From positions 1,884-65,883 of the forward strand of contig DCIJ01000078.1 of NCBI GenBank assembly GCA_002315945.1: a DNA stretch of 64,000 nucleotides, written 5' to 3'. Numbering within the stretch: position 1 is the first letter of the stretch; every line of letters begins with the position of its first letter. This document shows positions 45,050-60,235 of the stretch, in pieces. Source of the stretch: Lachnospiraceae bacterium UBA1729 (GTDB lineage: Bacteria; Bacillota; Clostridia; Lachnospirales; Lachnospiraceae). The notes beneath the pieces are model-generated. The model worked only from the letters and a program-made list of their open reading frames with translations, was not told the origin of the DNA and made no database searches. Position numbers and translations under genes: made by a program.

Positions 45050-45781
45050 TTACTTTGTATCCGCCTTCTTACCCTTAAGTTCTTCTAATTCTTCTTGATA
45101 ACCAGCAATTATAATACCAGCTGGTAAAGCTACAATTGCAACTCCTAAGATAGCAGATATCATTGTAATAAACTTTCCAATATCACTTGTAGCATACATA
45201 TCTCCATAGCCAACAGTAGTTAAGCTAATTGTAGCCCAATAAATAGCATCGTACATTGTCTTAAAAGTCTCTGGTTCAGCATTGAAAATAACCAATGCTG
45301 ATACAAGCACATAAGCTATGGCAAATCCAAATACAACCATTAAGCTGTCCCTTTGTTTCCTAAAGACATTTAATACCATATTGATGTTCTTTGAATATCT
45401 GAAAGCCTTAAATACTCTAAATACCTTGAATGTTCTAAATAGTCTAAATATCTTCAGTAGACGATATCCATCAGCAAGCACAGTTAATGATGGTAAAATT
45501 GAAAGCAGGTCAATAATTGCCATGAAACTAAATGGATATAATAAGAAAGATAATATTCCTCTATTAAGCTTGATATCAGCGGTAGCAAGTCTTAGTAAAT
45601 AATCTACAATAAATATTACAACTGTTACTTTGTCTATTACATTGAACAGCGAGTTAGTACTATGTGTCCATAATGGAATGATACTTATTATTATGGTCAA
45701 CATCATAAACACATCATAGACTCTGCTGGCTTTATCTTGTTCTGTTCCTACTTCAATAATTTCATAAAATCTTTTCCTCAT
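45050..45781 (-). CDS. Voltage-gated-type (6TM) potassium channel
   Basis: S4-like RLLKIFRLFRTFKVFRVFKAFR and the selectivity filter TTVGYGD. Confidence 0.85.
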   Translation of the reverse strand: MRKRFYEIIEVGTEQDKASRVYDVFMMLTIIISIIPLWTHSTNSLFNVIDKVTVVIFIVDYLLRLATADIKLNRGILSFLLYPFSFMAIIDLLSILPSLTVLADGYRLLKIFRLFRTFKVFRVFKAFRYSKNINMVLNVFRKQRDSLMVVFGFAIAYVLVSALVIFNAEPETFKTMYDAIYWATISLTTVGYGDMYATSDIGKFITMISAILGVAIVALPAGIIIAGYQEELEELKGKKADTK

Positions 45782-45947
45782 TGGCTAATTGCTCCTTGCA
45801 TCTATAGGTTGAGTATATCCTTTTTAGATACTTGGTTGCAAGCATAAGAATTTCACTCCTCGTACGACCAGTTGCTGAAGCTACCTTATCAAGATCCTCA
45901 AGCATGTTCTTTGGCATCCTCATTGATACAACTGAACTTTCACCCAT
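45762..45947 (-). CDS. Ribbon-helix-helix (CopG-like) protein
   Basis: MRMPKNMLEDLDKVASATGRTRSEILMLATKYL fits the RHH strand-helix-helix pattern. It overlaps the channel gene by 20 nt. The exact start is uncertain (45947, 45923 or 45917). Confidence 0.55.
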   Translation of the reverse strand: MGESSVVSMRMPKNMLEDLDKVASATGRTRSEILMLATKYLKRIYSTYRCKEQLANEEKIL

Positions 45948-45973
45948 TAGAGCGCGCCCATGGCGCGTAAACC

Positions 45974-46006
45974 AAAAAGAGTAGCCTCAACTGGCTACTC
46001 TTTTTT
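45974..46006. terminator. Bidirectional terminator
   Basis: AAAAAGAGTAGCC-N6-GGCTACTCTTTTTT. Confidence 0.85.
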
Positions 46007-46026
46007 ATTATATTATTTTTCTATAT

Positions 46027-46383
46027 TCAGTTTTTATTGATTTTATTCTGATAGACTATGTATTCATTGTTGTGGAGAGTCTTCACATACACTGAAAGTC
46101 TTTCATATAAGGGTTCACATTTTTCTCCAAACTCTTCCTTAACCAGCTTTCCAATATCGTAGACACTTTTTACTCCATCCATATTCTGCCATACAAATGA
46201 GCCAAAATCTTCCAGCTCAATCTGACTGGTTTTGGGGCGCTTGAACAATAGCTGCGCTATGCGGTTAAACAGGCCAGTATTAGGCTGGTTTATCTCCACA
46301 TGCCCCTGGTCATTAACAGCCCACAGGAAACGCGAGTTGTGTTTTGGAATATAGTCCAGAAAATTTTCTTTATTCCCCTTCAT
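46027..46383 (-). CDS. PqqD-family (RRE-like) small protein
   Basis: 118 aa. FGSFVWQNMDGVKSVYDIGKLVKEEFGEKCEPLYERLSVYVKTL resembles PqqD-like winged-helix proteins. Its start overlaps the OPT stop by 1 nt. Confidence 0.55.
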   Translation of the reverse strand: MKGNKENFLDYIPKHNSRFLWAVNDQGHVEINQPNTGLFNRIAQLLFKRPKTSQIELEDFGSFVWQNMDGVKSVYDIGKLVKEEFGEKCEPLYERLSVYVKTLHNNEYIVYQNKINKN

Positions 46384-48305
46384 TATTTACTCTTCTTGCC
46401 GATTACAGCCTTGCACAGAGTAGCTGCAAGTAATGCAAATACAAACAGTCCGCCCCAGTTGCCAAGGTTGATCATACCAGAGAGATTTAATGCATCACCA
46501 AGTGAAAGCTCAGGATTTACCTTGATAATTGCAAATACTGCAAGCAGGATACCTACTACACCTTCACCGGCAATAAGACCTGATGAATAGAGAATACCCC
46601 TCTCCACTCCAGCCTTCTTTTTCTGCTCAGCCTCGGCGCCTTCAGTCTTTTTGTGTTCAAAGAACCATCTGATAAGACCACCTACCATCATAGGAGTACT
46701 CAGGTGAATTGGCAGGTACAGACCTACTGCAAATGGAAGTACAGGTATATGTAAGATTTCTACTACAATTGCAATAAATACACCTACAAATACAAGTGTC
46801 CAGGGAAGGTTTCCACCCATAACACCTTCAACAACCATCTTCATAAGAGTTGCCTGAGGAGCTGGAAGCTCTGCTGAACCATAGCCCCATGCAGCACTTA
46901 ACAGATAGAGTACACCACCAATGGCAAGGGCTGATACAACTACACCAATCAGCTCACCAATCTGCTGCTTCTTGGGAGAAGCACCTACAATGTAACCTGT
47001 CTTTAAATCCTGTGATGTATCACCTGCAATAGCAGCAATGATACAAATAATAGAACCAATTGAAATTGATGCCACCATACCAGGCATTCCAATTGTACCA
47101 GTTCCCTTAAGGATGATTGTTGCAATAAGAAGAGTTGCAATAGCCATACCAGATACTGGGTTATTTGAGCTTCCTACAATACCAACCATTCTTGATGATA
47201 CTGTAGCAAAGAAAAATCCGAAAACAATAATAATGATAGCTCCCAGAAGTGAAACTGGAATTGTAGGAATCAGCCACATAGCAATAGCGATAACTCCAAC
47301 AGCAATCATAACAATGTTCATGGAAAGATCTGTATTCAGTCTGTCCTGAACAGATCCCTTCTTGCCATAGCCCTTGAGAGCATCCCTGAAGGTTGTAACA
47401 ATCATGGGCAGGTTCTTGATAAGACTCATGATACCGCCTGCAGCAACTGCACCGGCACCAATATATCTTACATAATTACTCCAGATTGCCCATGTTCCAC
47501 CAGCACTAAACAGTTCCTCAATAGATATTGAAGCTGGGAACATAACAGTCTGACCACCTACCAGCACAATAAGGGGCATCAGCACAAACCATGCAACAAC
47601 ACCACCGGCTAACAGATATGAAGAAACCTGAGCTCCACAGATATAACCTACACCAAGCAGTGCAGGAAGTACGTCCATACCAATTCCAGATCCCTTGTAT
47701 GCATTGAAACTGAAATCTGCTTCGCTTGGGAAAATCTTAAGACCGTCTGCTACAAATTTGTAAAGTGCTGCAATACCAAGACCGGTAAATACTGTTGATG
47801 CCTTGGCACCACCCTCTTCGCCGGCTACCAGCACTTCTGCGCAGGCCTGACCTTCAGGATAAGGAAGCACTCCGTGCTCCTGCACTATCAGTGCGTGGCG
47901 AAGTGGAATCATAAAAAGCACACCCAGGACACCACCTACCAGTGCTATTAATGCAATTACGTCTAATGAGGGAGCCTTGTCACCACTTTCAGCTGCCCAC
48001 ATAAAAAGTGCCGGAAGAGTAAATATTGCTCCGGCTGCTACTGATTCACCGGCTGAGCCGATGGTCTGTACCATGTTATTCTCAAGTATAGACTCTCTCT
48101 TAAGAATAACGCGGATAATACCCATTGAAATAACAGCTGCAGGAATTGATGCTGATACTGTCATACCAACACGCAATCCCAGGTAGGCATTAGCGCCACC
48201 AAAGATTACTGCAAGAATTACACCAATGATAATTGATGTAACTGTTAACTCGGGCATTACTGTGTCCGCAGGTACATAAGGTTTGAATTCTTTCTTTTCG
48301 TTCAT
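46383..48305 (-). CDS. OPT family oligopeptide transporter
   Basis: 640 aa with about 16 TM segments and a Gly-rich OPT-like organisation. Confidence 0.8.
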   Translation of the reverse strand: MNEKKEFKPYVPADTVMPELTVTSIIIGVILAVIFGGANAYLGLRVGMTVSASIPAAVISMGIIRVILKRESILENNMVQTIGSAGESVAAGAIFTLPALFMWAAESGDKAPSLDVIALIALVGGVLGVLFMIPLRHALIVQEHGVLPYPEGQACAEVLVAGEEGGAKASTVFTGLGIAALYKFVADGLKIFPSEADFSFNAYKGSGIGMDVLPALLGVGYICGAQVSSYLLAGGVVAWFVLMPLIVLVGGQTVMFPASISIEELFSAGGTWAIWSNYVRYIGAGAVAAGGIMSLIKNLPMIVTTFRDALKGYGKKGSVQDRLNTDLSMNIVMIAVGVIAIAMWLIPTIPVSLLGAIIIIVFGFFFATVSSRMVGIVGSSNNPVSGMAIATLLIATIILKGTGTIGMPGMVASISIGSIICIIAAIAGDTSQDLKTGYIVGASPKKQQIGELIGVVVSALAIGGVLYLLSAAWGYGSAELPAPQATLMKMVVEGVMGGNLPWTLVFVGVFIAIVVEILHIPVLPFAVGLYLPIHLSTPMMVGGLIRWFFEHKKTEGAEAEQKKKAGVERGILYSSGLIAGEGVVGILLAVFAIIKVNPELSLGDALNLSGMINLGNWGGLFVFALLAATLCKAVIGKKSK

Positions 48306-48430
48306 AACATACCTCTAAAAATTTTTTTTGCTAGGGCATGTTACCACACAATGCGCAATCTTTCCATCAAATATACAAGGTAAATAATAATTTCATGACA
48401 ATTCACAAAATATAACGTTATTTTTTGTGC

Positions 48431-48464
48431 AAAAAAGCAGAATGATATTATACATTCTGCTTTT
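48431..48464. terminator. Terminator
   Basis: AAAAAAGCAGAATG-N8-CATTCTGCTTTT. Confidence 0.85.
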
Positions 48465-48506
48465 CCCATCAAATTCTATTAAACTTTTGTAATTCAATGC
48501 ATTATG

Positions 48507-49046
48507 TCAACCAAAAGGTCTCATGAAGTTAGCCATGGGCTTAACCACACTATACAGATCCTTAATAGCTGCATTCAGCGTATTAATATCCAACGCATCT
48601 ATCTTCTTCATAGCCTCAGATAAATCCTGCTGGCTTGAAACAACCAGTCCATTTACATTATTAAGCATTCCACTAATATCTGCCTTGGCCAGATCGGTTG
48701 TTACCACTTCCAGCTCAGATGCAACATTTTCAAGCTCTGCCAGTGTGGAATTGGCCTGTTCCAGCGTAGCCAGAGCAGGTGGCACCAGAATAACTGCAAT
48801 GGCAATTACTACTACCAGTATAATAAAGGTAAAGAAAGCACTAAGCCCTGCCATACGGCTCTGCTTTTTAGCATATCTGGCCTGAATATCATTAGATTCC
48901 TTCATCTGATTCATCCAGGCAGAATAGTCAGCCTCTGAAATCTTAATTTCTGTTACCTGCTCAGACATTTTTTCTGTGGTACCTGTTGTATTATCTGTTA
49001 TGTTATCTGTTGTCATACTTGTAACAGTGTTCATTTCATTACCCAT
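48507..49046 (-). CDS. Hypothetical single-pass membrane protein with a coiled-coil-like ectodomain
   Basis: 179 aa with one TM segment (LSAFFTFIILVVVIAIAVILVPPAL). I recognise no family. Confidence 0.55.
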   Translation of the reverse strand: MGNEMNTVTSMTTDNITDNTTGTTEKMSEQVTEIKISEADYSAWMNQMKESNDIQARYAKKQSRMAGLSAFFTFIILVVVIAIAVILVPPALATLEQANSTLAELENVASELEVVTTDLAKADISGMLNNVNGLVVSSQQDLSEAMKKIDALDINTLNAAIKDLYSVVKPMANFMRPFG

Positions 49047-49123
49047 AATTGCCTATTCCTCCCATAAACATCTCTAGTCAGGGATTATCCAGCATTCCCT
49101 CATCTGGAAGCTTTCCGTCCCTT

Positions 49124-49345
49124 TCAGTCGCATTCAGCCAGATCAAACAATTTTCCCGTGGCAAAGGGACTTCCCACGTCGCATCTTCCATGATGAGACC
49201 TCTTTGTATACTCACCCTGAAGCATTTCCTCAGACATATCCACCTTAAGTCTGCTGACTCCACCTTCCATCATGGAATCCAGCATTCCAATCAAAGCATC
49301 TGCGTCTATGCCGTTATCTGTCTTTGATTTAACTTCTTTATCCAT
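49124..49345 (-). CDS. Hypothetical small protein
   Basis: 73-aa ORF co-directional with its neighbours. It contains HHGRCDVGSPFATGK. I recognise no family. Confidence 0.4.
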   Translation of the reverse strand: MDKEVKSKTDNGIDADALIGMLDSMMEGGVSRLKVDMSEEMLQGEYTKRSHHGRCDVGSPFATGKLFDLAECD

Positions 49346-49350
49346 AGTGT

Positions 49351-50382
49351 TTACTGTACCTTAACCTCTCCTGCCAACACAAGCTTGTAATCTTCATAAT
49401 TTTTCTTAAGCAGAGCAGGGGTATCCAGACTATAGGGGCATTTATTATGACATGCATTACAGCCGGTACACTTTTCTATCTTCTTCATTTCCTGCTGCAT
49501 ATTCTCTGACAGCCAGCCGGCTGAAGGTGCTCTTCTGAGCATCAGGGACATGCGGGCACACTGATTTATCATAATGCCCTGGGGACATGGCATACAGTAG
49601 CCACAGCCTCTGCAGAATTCTCCCATTATCTCAGACTGTTCCTTCTCAATGTAGGCTTTAATCTCTGCATCCATGGAAGGAGCCTCCTCCATATATGCAA
49701 GCCACTCCTCCAGTTCATGCTCTCTCTGAACTCCCCAGATAGGAAGCACATTGTCATACTGTCTGATAAAAGCCATGGCAGCCTTAGAATTTACAATTAG
49801 ACCACCTGCCAGACCCTTCATGGCAATAAAACCAACATTTTTCTCTTTGCACAGCTGCACCAGCTCAATTTCTCTGGGTGCTGCCAGATAACTGAAGGGA
49901 TACTGCATAGTCTCGTACAGACCGGAATTCACACAGTCAAAGGCCACCTCCAGCTTGTGAGTGGTAATTCCAATATGACGAATCTTCCCTTCCGCTTTTG
50001 CCTGAAGCATACACTCATACATACCGGTTCCGTCACCAGGTTTGTAACACTGGTCTACACAATGGAACTGATACACATCAATGTAATCGGTCTTTAACAG
50101 TTTTAAAGAGGTCTCCAGCTGCTGCCAGAAGGCTTCAGGTGTTCTGGCCATGGTCTTTGTGGCAATATACACCTTCTCTCTCATACCTTCAAAGGCTTCG
50201 CCAACCTTTTCCTCAGAATCACTGTATGCTCTGGCTGTGTCAAAAAATCTCATTCCGCCCTGGTAAGCGCGCCTTAACAATCCCACTGCCACTTCTTTGG
50301 AATCTCTCTGAATTGGCAATGCACCAAAAGCATTCTGTACAACTGTTATTCCGGTACTTCCTAATGTAACGCTGTTTATCAT
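49351..50382 (-). CDS. Aldo/keto reductase with a C-terminal 4Fe-4S ferredoxin-like segment
   Basis: 343 aa. AKR N-terminus (FDTARAYSDSEEKVG) and the motifs CRGCGYCMPCP and CTGCNACHNKCP. Confidence 0.8.
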   Translation of the reverse strand: MINSVTLGSTGITVVQNAFGALPIQRDSKEVAVGLLRRAYQGGMRFFDTARAYSDSEEKVGEAFEGMREKVYIATKTMARTPEAFWQQLETSLKLLKTDYIDVYQFHCVDQCYKPGDGTGMYECMLQAKAEGKIRHIGITTHKLEVAFDCVNSGLYETMQYPFSYLAAPREIELVQLCKEKNVGFIAMKGLAGGLIVNSKAAMAFIRQYDNVLPIWGVQREHELEEWLAYMEEAPSMDAEIKAYIEKEQSEIMGEFCRGCGYCMPCPQGIMINQCARMSLMLRRAPSAGWLSENMQQEMKKIEKCTGCNACHNKCPYSLDTPALLKKNYEDYKLVLAGEVKVQ

Positions 50383-50418
50383 ATCTCCACCCGCCTGAGT
50401 AATTCATTGCAACAAAAT

Positions 50419-50964
50419 TTATGTTGCCATCATCATAACCATTTGTGCCGTTTCAAGCAAGCTTCTTCCACAATCCATACTACTTTTTTGAAGATACCTG
50501 AAGGCCTCCGGTTCAGTCATGGCATTTCTATCCATAAGTACTGCCTTTGCCCTGTCGATAATACGTTTTTCCTCATCGCTTCTCTGCTTAGGTCCAGCCT
50601 TTTTCTTTCTCCTTGGTCTGATAAAGCTGGAGGTCAGCATCTCAATGGTTGCTATCAGATCCCGCCCCTTAAAGGGATACATAAGCTTTACACAGCCCTC
50701 CCTTACAATCTCTACACTTGGATCTGATGTCAATACAATCATGCAAAAGAATTCCGGCATATAGTCTGCCAGTTCTGAAGCAGACATATCCCTGAGTCTT
50801 TTTGTGCATATGACCACGCCGAAATCCCTGTCATTAATAATTCGTAAGACTTCGGCTCCATTCTGACAGACTTCTATGTCCATCATCAGTCCTGCACTTC
50901 TGATCACACCTGCGATTTTGTTAGCATCATCAACCTTGGGCATTGATATTAATATATTGCCCAT
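50419..50964 (-). CDS. ANTAR-domain RNA-binding regulator with a pseudo-receiver N-domain (NitR/GlnR-like)
   Basis: C-terminal IIDRAKAVLMDRNAMTEPEAFRYLQKSSMDCGRSLLETAQ is an ANTAR motif. It lies 11 nt downstream of glnA. Confidence 0.8.
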   Translation of the reverse strand: MGNILISMPKVDDANKIAGVIRSAGLMMDIEVCQNGAEVLRIINDRDFGVVICTKRLRDMSASELADYMPEFFCMIVLTSDPSVEIVREGCVKLMYPFKGRDLIATIEMLTSSFIRPRRKKKAGPKQRSDEEKRIIDRAKAVLMDRNAMTEPEAFRYLQKSSMDCGRSLLETAQMVMMMAT

Positions 50965-50975
50965 ATTTCACCTAC

Positions 50976-52271
50976 TTACATCTTCGCAAGATACTTTTCT
51001 ACTTCCCAGTCAGATACCTGTAACATATAGTCATTCCACTCATTGTATTTCATCTGAGTGTATAATTTTACAAACTTTTCTCCCAGAACAGCCTTCATCA
51101 TTTCGTCCTTTTTCAGCTTTTCAAGGGCATCCTTCAGATTTCCTGGCAAACTCTTGGCATTTCTTGCATTGCACTCTCCAGGGCTAACCTTTCTCTCGAT
51201 TCCATCAAGGCCTGCCTGAATACATACTGCTATTGCAAGATATGGATTAGCCGCAGGATCGGGGAATCTGAGCTCGATTCTGCTGTCCTGATTTTTTGCA
51301 TGATATTTTATCAGGGATTTTTCTCCCTTAACATCCCATGAGATATCCCTGGGAGCATCAAAGCCTGAGAGAATTCTCTTGTAGGAATTTACTATTGGAT
51401 TGCATATTGCACACAGCGCCTGGGCGTGTTCCATAATACCCCCAATAAAGTATGATGCAATTTCATTGGGCGCAGGGTTCATGGTGTCTTCAGTCTGCAT
51501 GTTGTCAAACAGATTTACTCCATCCTTGTACATGGAGATATTCAGATGCATTCCGCTGCCTGCTATGTCTCCTCTGGGCTTTGGCATAAAAGTAGCATAC
51601 AGACCAAATCTCTTGGCTATGGATCTGATTGCAAATTTAAAGGTCATAAGTGCATCTGCTGCATCCATTGCTTCTGACTGGGCAAAATCAATTTCATGCT
51701 GGGCAGGCGCCTTCTCATGATGAGAGGATTCTATCTCAAAGCCCATATCCTCCAAAGTCAGAACCATATCTCTTCTGGCATTCTCACCTAAATCAGCAGG
51801 TCCTACATCCAGATAGCCTGCCTTCTCATGAGTGATTGTAGTAGCCACTCCATTCTCATCTGTATGGAACAGAAAAAATTCACACTCAGGATCAATTTCA
51901 AATGAATATCCCTTCTTATGAGCGGCTTCCAGAGTCTTACTTAATATTGCACGGGGACTCATATCAAAGAGCTTTCCATTAATATCACAAATATCACAAA
52001 TCAGCTTGCAAACCTTGCCCTGCTGTGGTCTCCAGGGAAGGATTACAAAAGAATCAAAATCCGGAGTCAGATACAATTCTTCCTCTGGATCATATAAATC
52101 GTCAAAAAGGGCTGAAGCCTCAAAAGCATATTTGTTGCTTTCAGTCTTTTCAAGCTGAACGGTAGTAATGGCAATATTCTTCAGATTGCCAAAAATATCT
52201 GTAAACTGGAGACGGACAAATTCCACGTCCTCCTCTTCGATTATCTGCATAATTTCCTGCTTAGTTCTCAT
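50976..52271 (-). CDS. glnA: Glutamine synthetase, type I
   Basis: VEFVRLQFTDIFGNLKN and SGMHLNISM motifs. The ATG at 52271 lies 5 nt after GGAGG. The ORF-track start at 52283 sits within the RBS. Confidence 0.9.
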   Translation of the reverse strand: MRTKQEIMQIIEEEDVEFVRLQFTDIFGNLKNIAITTVQLEKTESNKYAFEASALFDDLYDPEEELYLTPDFDSFVILPWRPQQGKVCKLICDICDINGKLFDMSPRAILSKTLEAAHKKGYSFEIDPECEFFLFHTDENGVATTITHEKAGYLDVGPADLGENARRDMVLTLEDMGFEIESSHHEKAPAQHEIDFAQSEAMDAADALMTFKFAIRSIAKRFGLYATFMPKPRGDIAGSGMHLNISMYKDGVNLFDNMQTEDTMNPAPNEIASYFIGGIMEHAQALCAICNPIVNSYKRILSGFDAPRDISWDVKGEKSLIKYHAKNQDSRIELRFPDPAANPYLAIAVCIQAGLDGIERKVSPGECNARNAKSLPGNLKDALEKLKKDEMMKAVLGEKFVKLYTQMKYNEWNDYMLQVSDWEVEKYLAKM

Positions 52272-52331
52272 TTTTTCCTCCATTTAAACCTGGTTTTCGA
52301 TTAAAAAGAAATGCCTACTGGCTTGTGTAAC

Positions 52332-52362
52332 AAAAATAAAGCCCCGCCTAAAAGCGGGGCCT
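52332..52362 (-). terminator. Terminator after gltD
   Basis: Minus-strand hairpin GCCCCGC-ttttag-GCGGGGC followed by TTTATTTTTG. Confidence 0.8.
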
Positions 52363-52367
52363 GATAA

Positions 52368-53879
52368 TTATCTCAGTGTAGTGTATCCCATGAGAGATTC
52401 ATCTACTGCTTTGGCTACGCTTCTGCCTTCTTTTATAGCCCATACTACCAAAGACTGACCTCTGTGCATATCCCCTGCAGTAAAAATATTTTTCTGACTT
52501 GTTTCATATTCATCTGCATTGGTCTCAACATTGGTTCTGCCATTAAGCTTTACCTTAAATGCATCTGCCACATAGCTTTCAGTTCCTAAGAATCCGGCTG
52601 CTATCAGAACTAAATCAGCCTTAATTTCCTGTTCACTGCCCTCTACAGGTACAAAGTTCACTCTGCCTGTTTCATCTGCTTTTCTCTCAAGCTTAACTGT
52701 CTTAACAGCACTTAACGCGCCCTTTTTATTTTTTACAAATTCTGTAACAGTGGTGGAAAAGATTCTGGGATCCTTGCCAAATTTGAATATTGCCTCCTCC
52801 TGACCATAATCGGTCTTAAGAAGTCTGGGCCACTCTGGCCATGGATTGCTTTCTGCACGAACCAAAGGTGCGGCAGGCATCATTTCCAGCTGTACTACAC
52901 TGTCAGCTCCCAGACGGATACTGGTTCCAACACAGTCATTTCCAGTATCTCCACCACCAATAACTACAACCTTCTTTCCTTTTAGGGAACCGAAGGAAAA
53001 GCTCTTGGTTGACATAATTTCTTCACTGTCATAATCGGCATCGATTAACTTCTTGGTAACCTCTGACAGAAAATCAACTGCAAAATATATATTCTTGGCA
53101 TCTCTTCCAGGAGCCTGAATGTCTCTTGGATTGGATGCACCACAGCACAGAATTACTCTGTCAAACTGACTGCAGATTTCTTCTGATGAAATGTCAACAC
53201 CCACATTAACATTACATCTGAACTCAACGCCCTCAGCTTTCATGAGTTCAACTCTTCTGTCTATGGAACGCTTATCTAACTTCATGTTAGGAATTCCATA
53301 TCTGAGCAGTCCGCCTACTCTGTCTCTTCTCTCAAATACAGTAACCAGGTGTCCCCTGTGATTCAACAGGGCTGCTGCTGCCAGACCAGAAGGTCCACTT
53401 CCTATAACAGCTATCTTCTTGCCAGTTCTGACCTTAGGAATCTCTGGCTTAACCAGTTCATTTTCAAAAGCATAATCAATTATGGCTCTTTCATTATTTT
53501 TGGTTCCTACAGCCTTCTCTCCCATAGCTGAACAGGTACATGCCGCCTCGCACAGTGCAGGGCAGACTCTTGAAGTAAATTCAGGAAAGCTGTGGGTCTT
53601 CATAAGTCTGATATACGCCTGCTCTAAATTGCCATTGTATACCAGGTCATTGGTCTCTGGCACCAGGTTGTGCAGAGGACATCCTGATACCATTCCTGAA
53701 ATCATTGTTCCAGACTGGCAAAAGGGCACACCGCAGGCCATACATCTGGCTGCCTGCTTTTTTGTTTCCTCCAATGGAAGTCCTGTGTGAAATTCGTTAA
53801 AATTCTTTATTCTGTCTTCCGGACTGATACATACATCGTCCATTCTCTCATATTCTAAAAAGCCTGTTGGTTTTCCCAT
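52368..53879 (-). CDS. gltD: Glutamate synthase (NADPH) small subunit
   Basis: 503 aa. N-terminal Fe-S Cys clusters (CMACGVPFC) and the FAD/NAD folds VIGSGPSGLAAA and VIGGGDTGNDC. Confidence 0.92.
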   Translation of the reverse strand: MGKPTGFLEYERMDDVCISPEDRIKNFNEFHTGLPLEETKKQAARCMACGVPFCQSGTMISGMVSGCPLHNLVPETNDLVYNGNLEQAYIRLMKTHSFPEFTSRVCPALCEAACTCSAMGEKAVGTKNNERAIIDYAFENELVKPEIPKVRTGKKIAVIGSGPSGLAAAALLNHRGHLVTVFERRDRVGGLLRYGIPNMKLDKRSIDRRVELMKAEGVEFRCNVNVGVDISSEEICSQFDRVILCCGASNPRDIQAPGRDAKNIYFAVDFLSEVTKKLIDADYDSEEIMSTKSFSFGSLKGKKVVVIGGGDTGNDCVGTSIRLGADSVVQLEMMPAAPLVRAESNPWPEWPRLLKTDYGQEEAIFKFGKDPRIFSTTVTEFVKNKKGALSAVKTVKLERKADETGRVNFVPVEGSEQEIKADLVLIAAGFLGTESYVADAFKVKLNGRTNVETNADEYETSQKNIFTAGDMHRGQSLVVWAIKEGRSVAKAVDESLMGYTTLR

Positions 53880-53893
53880 GGCGCAATCCCCCC

Positions 53894-60068
<6,175 letters not shown>

Positions 60069-60110
60069 TCAGGATTACGGTTTGCTTAAATATTTATTAT
60101 TTTGTTAACC

Positions 60111-60158
60111 ACCATAATTTCACGAAAAAGCTATACAGCTTCTCCGTGAAATCATGGT
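60111..60158 (-). promoter_or_regulatory. Long nested hairpin between amt-PII and pyrG (terminator or attenuator candidate)
   Basis: On the minus strand: ACCATGATTTCACG-gag-AAGCT-gtat-AGCTT-ttt-CGTGAAATTATGGT. Confidence 0.5.
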
Positions 60159-60235
60159 TTACTTCTTTGTATATTTATAATTTGGAAAACAATACTTTAG
60201 AAAATACTTAAGTATCTTCTTCAGTATGTACCAGC

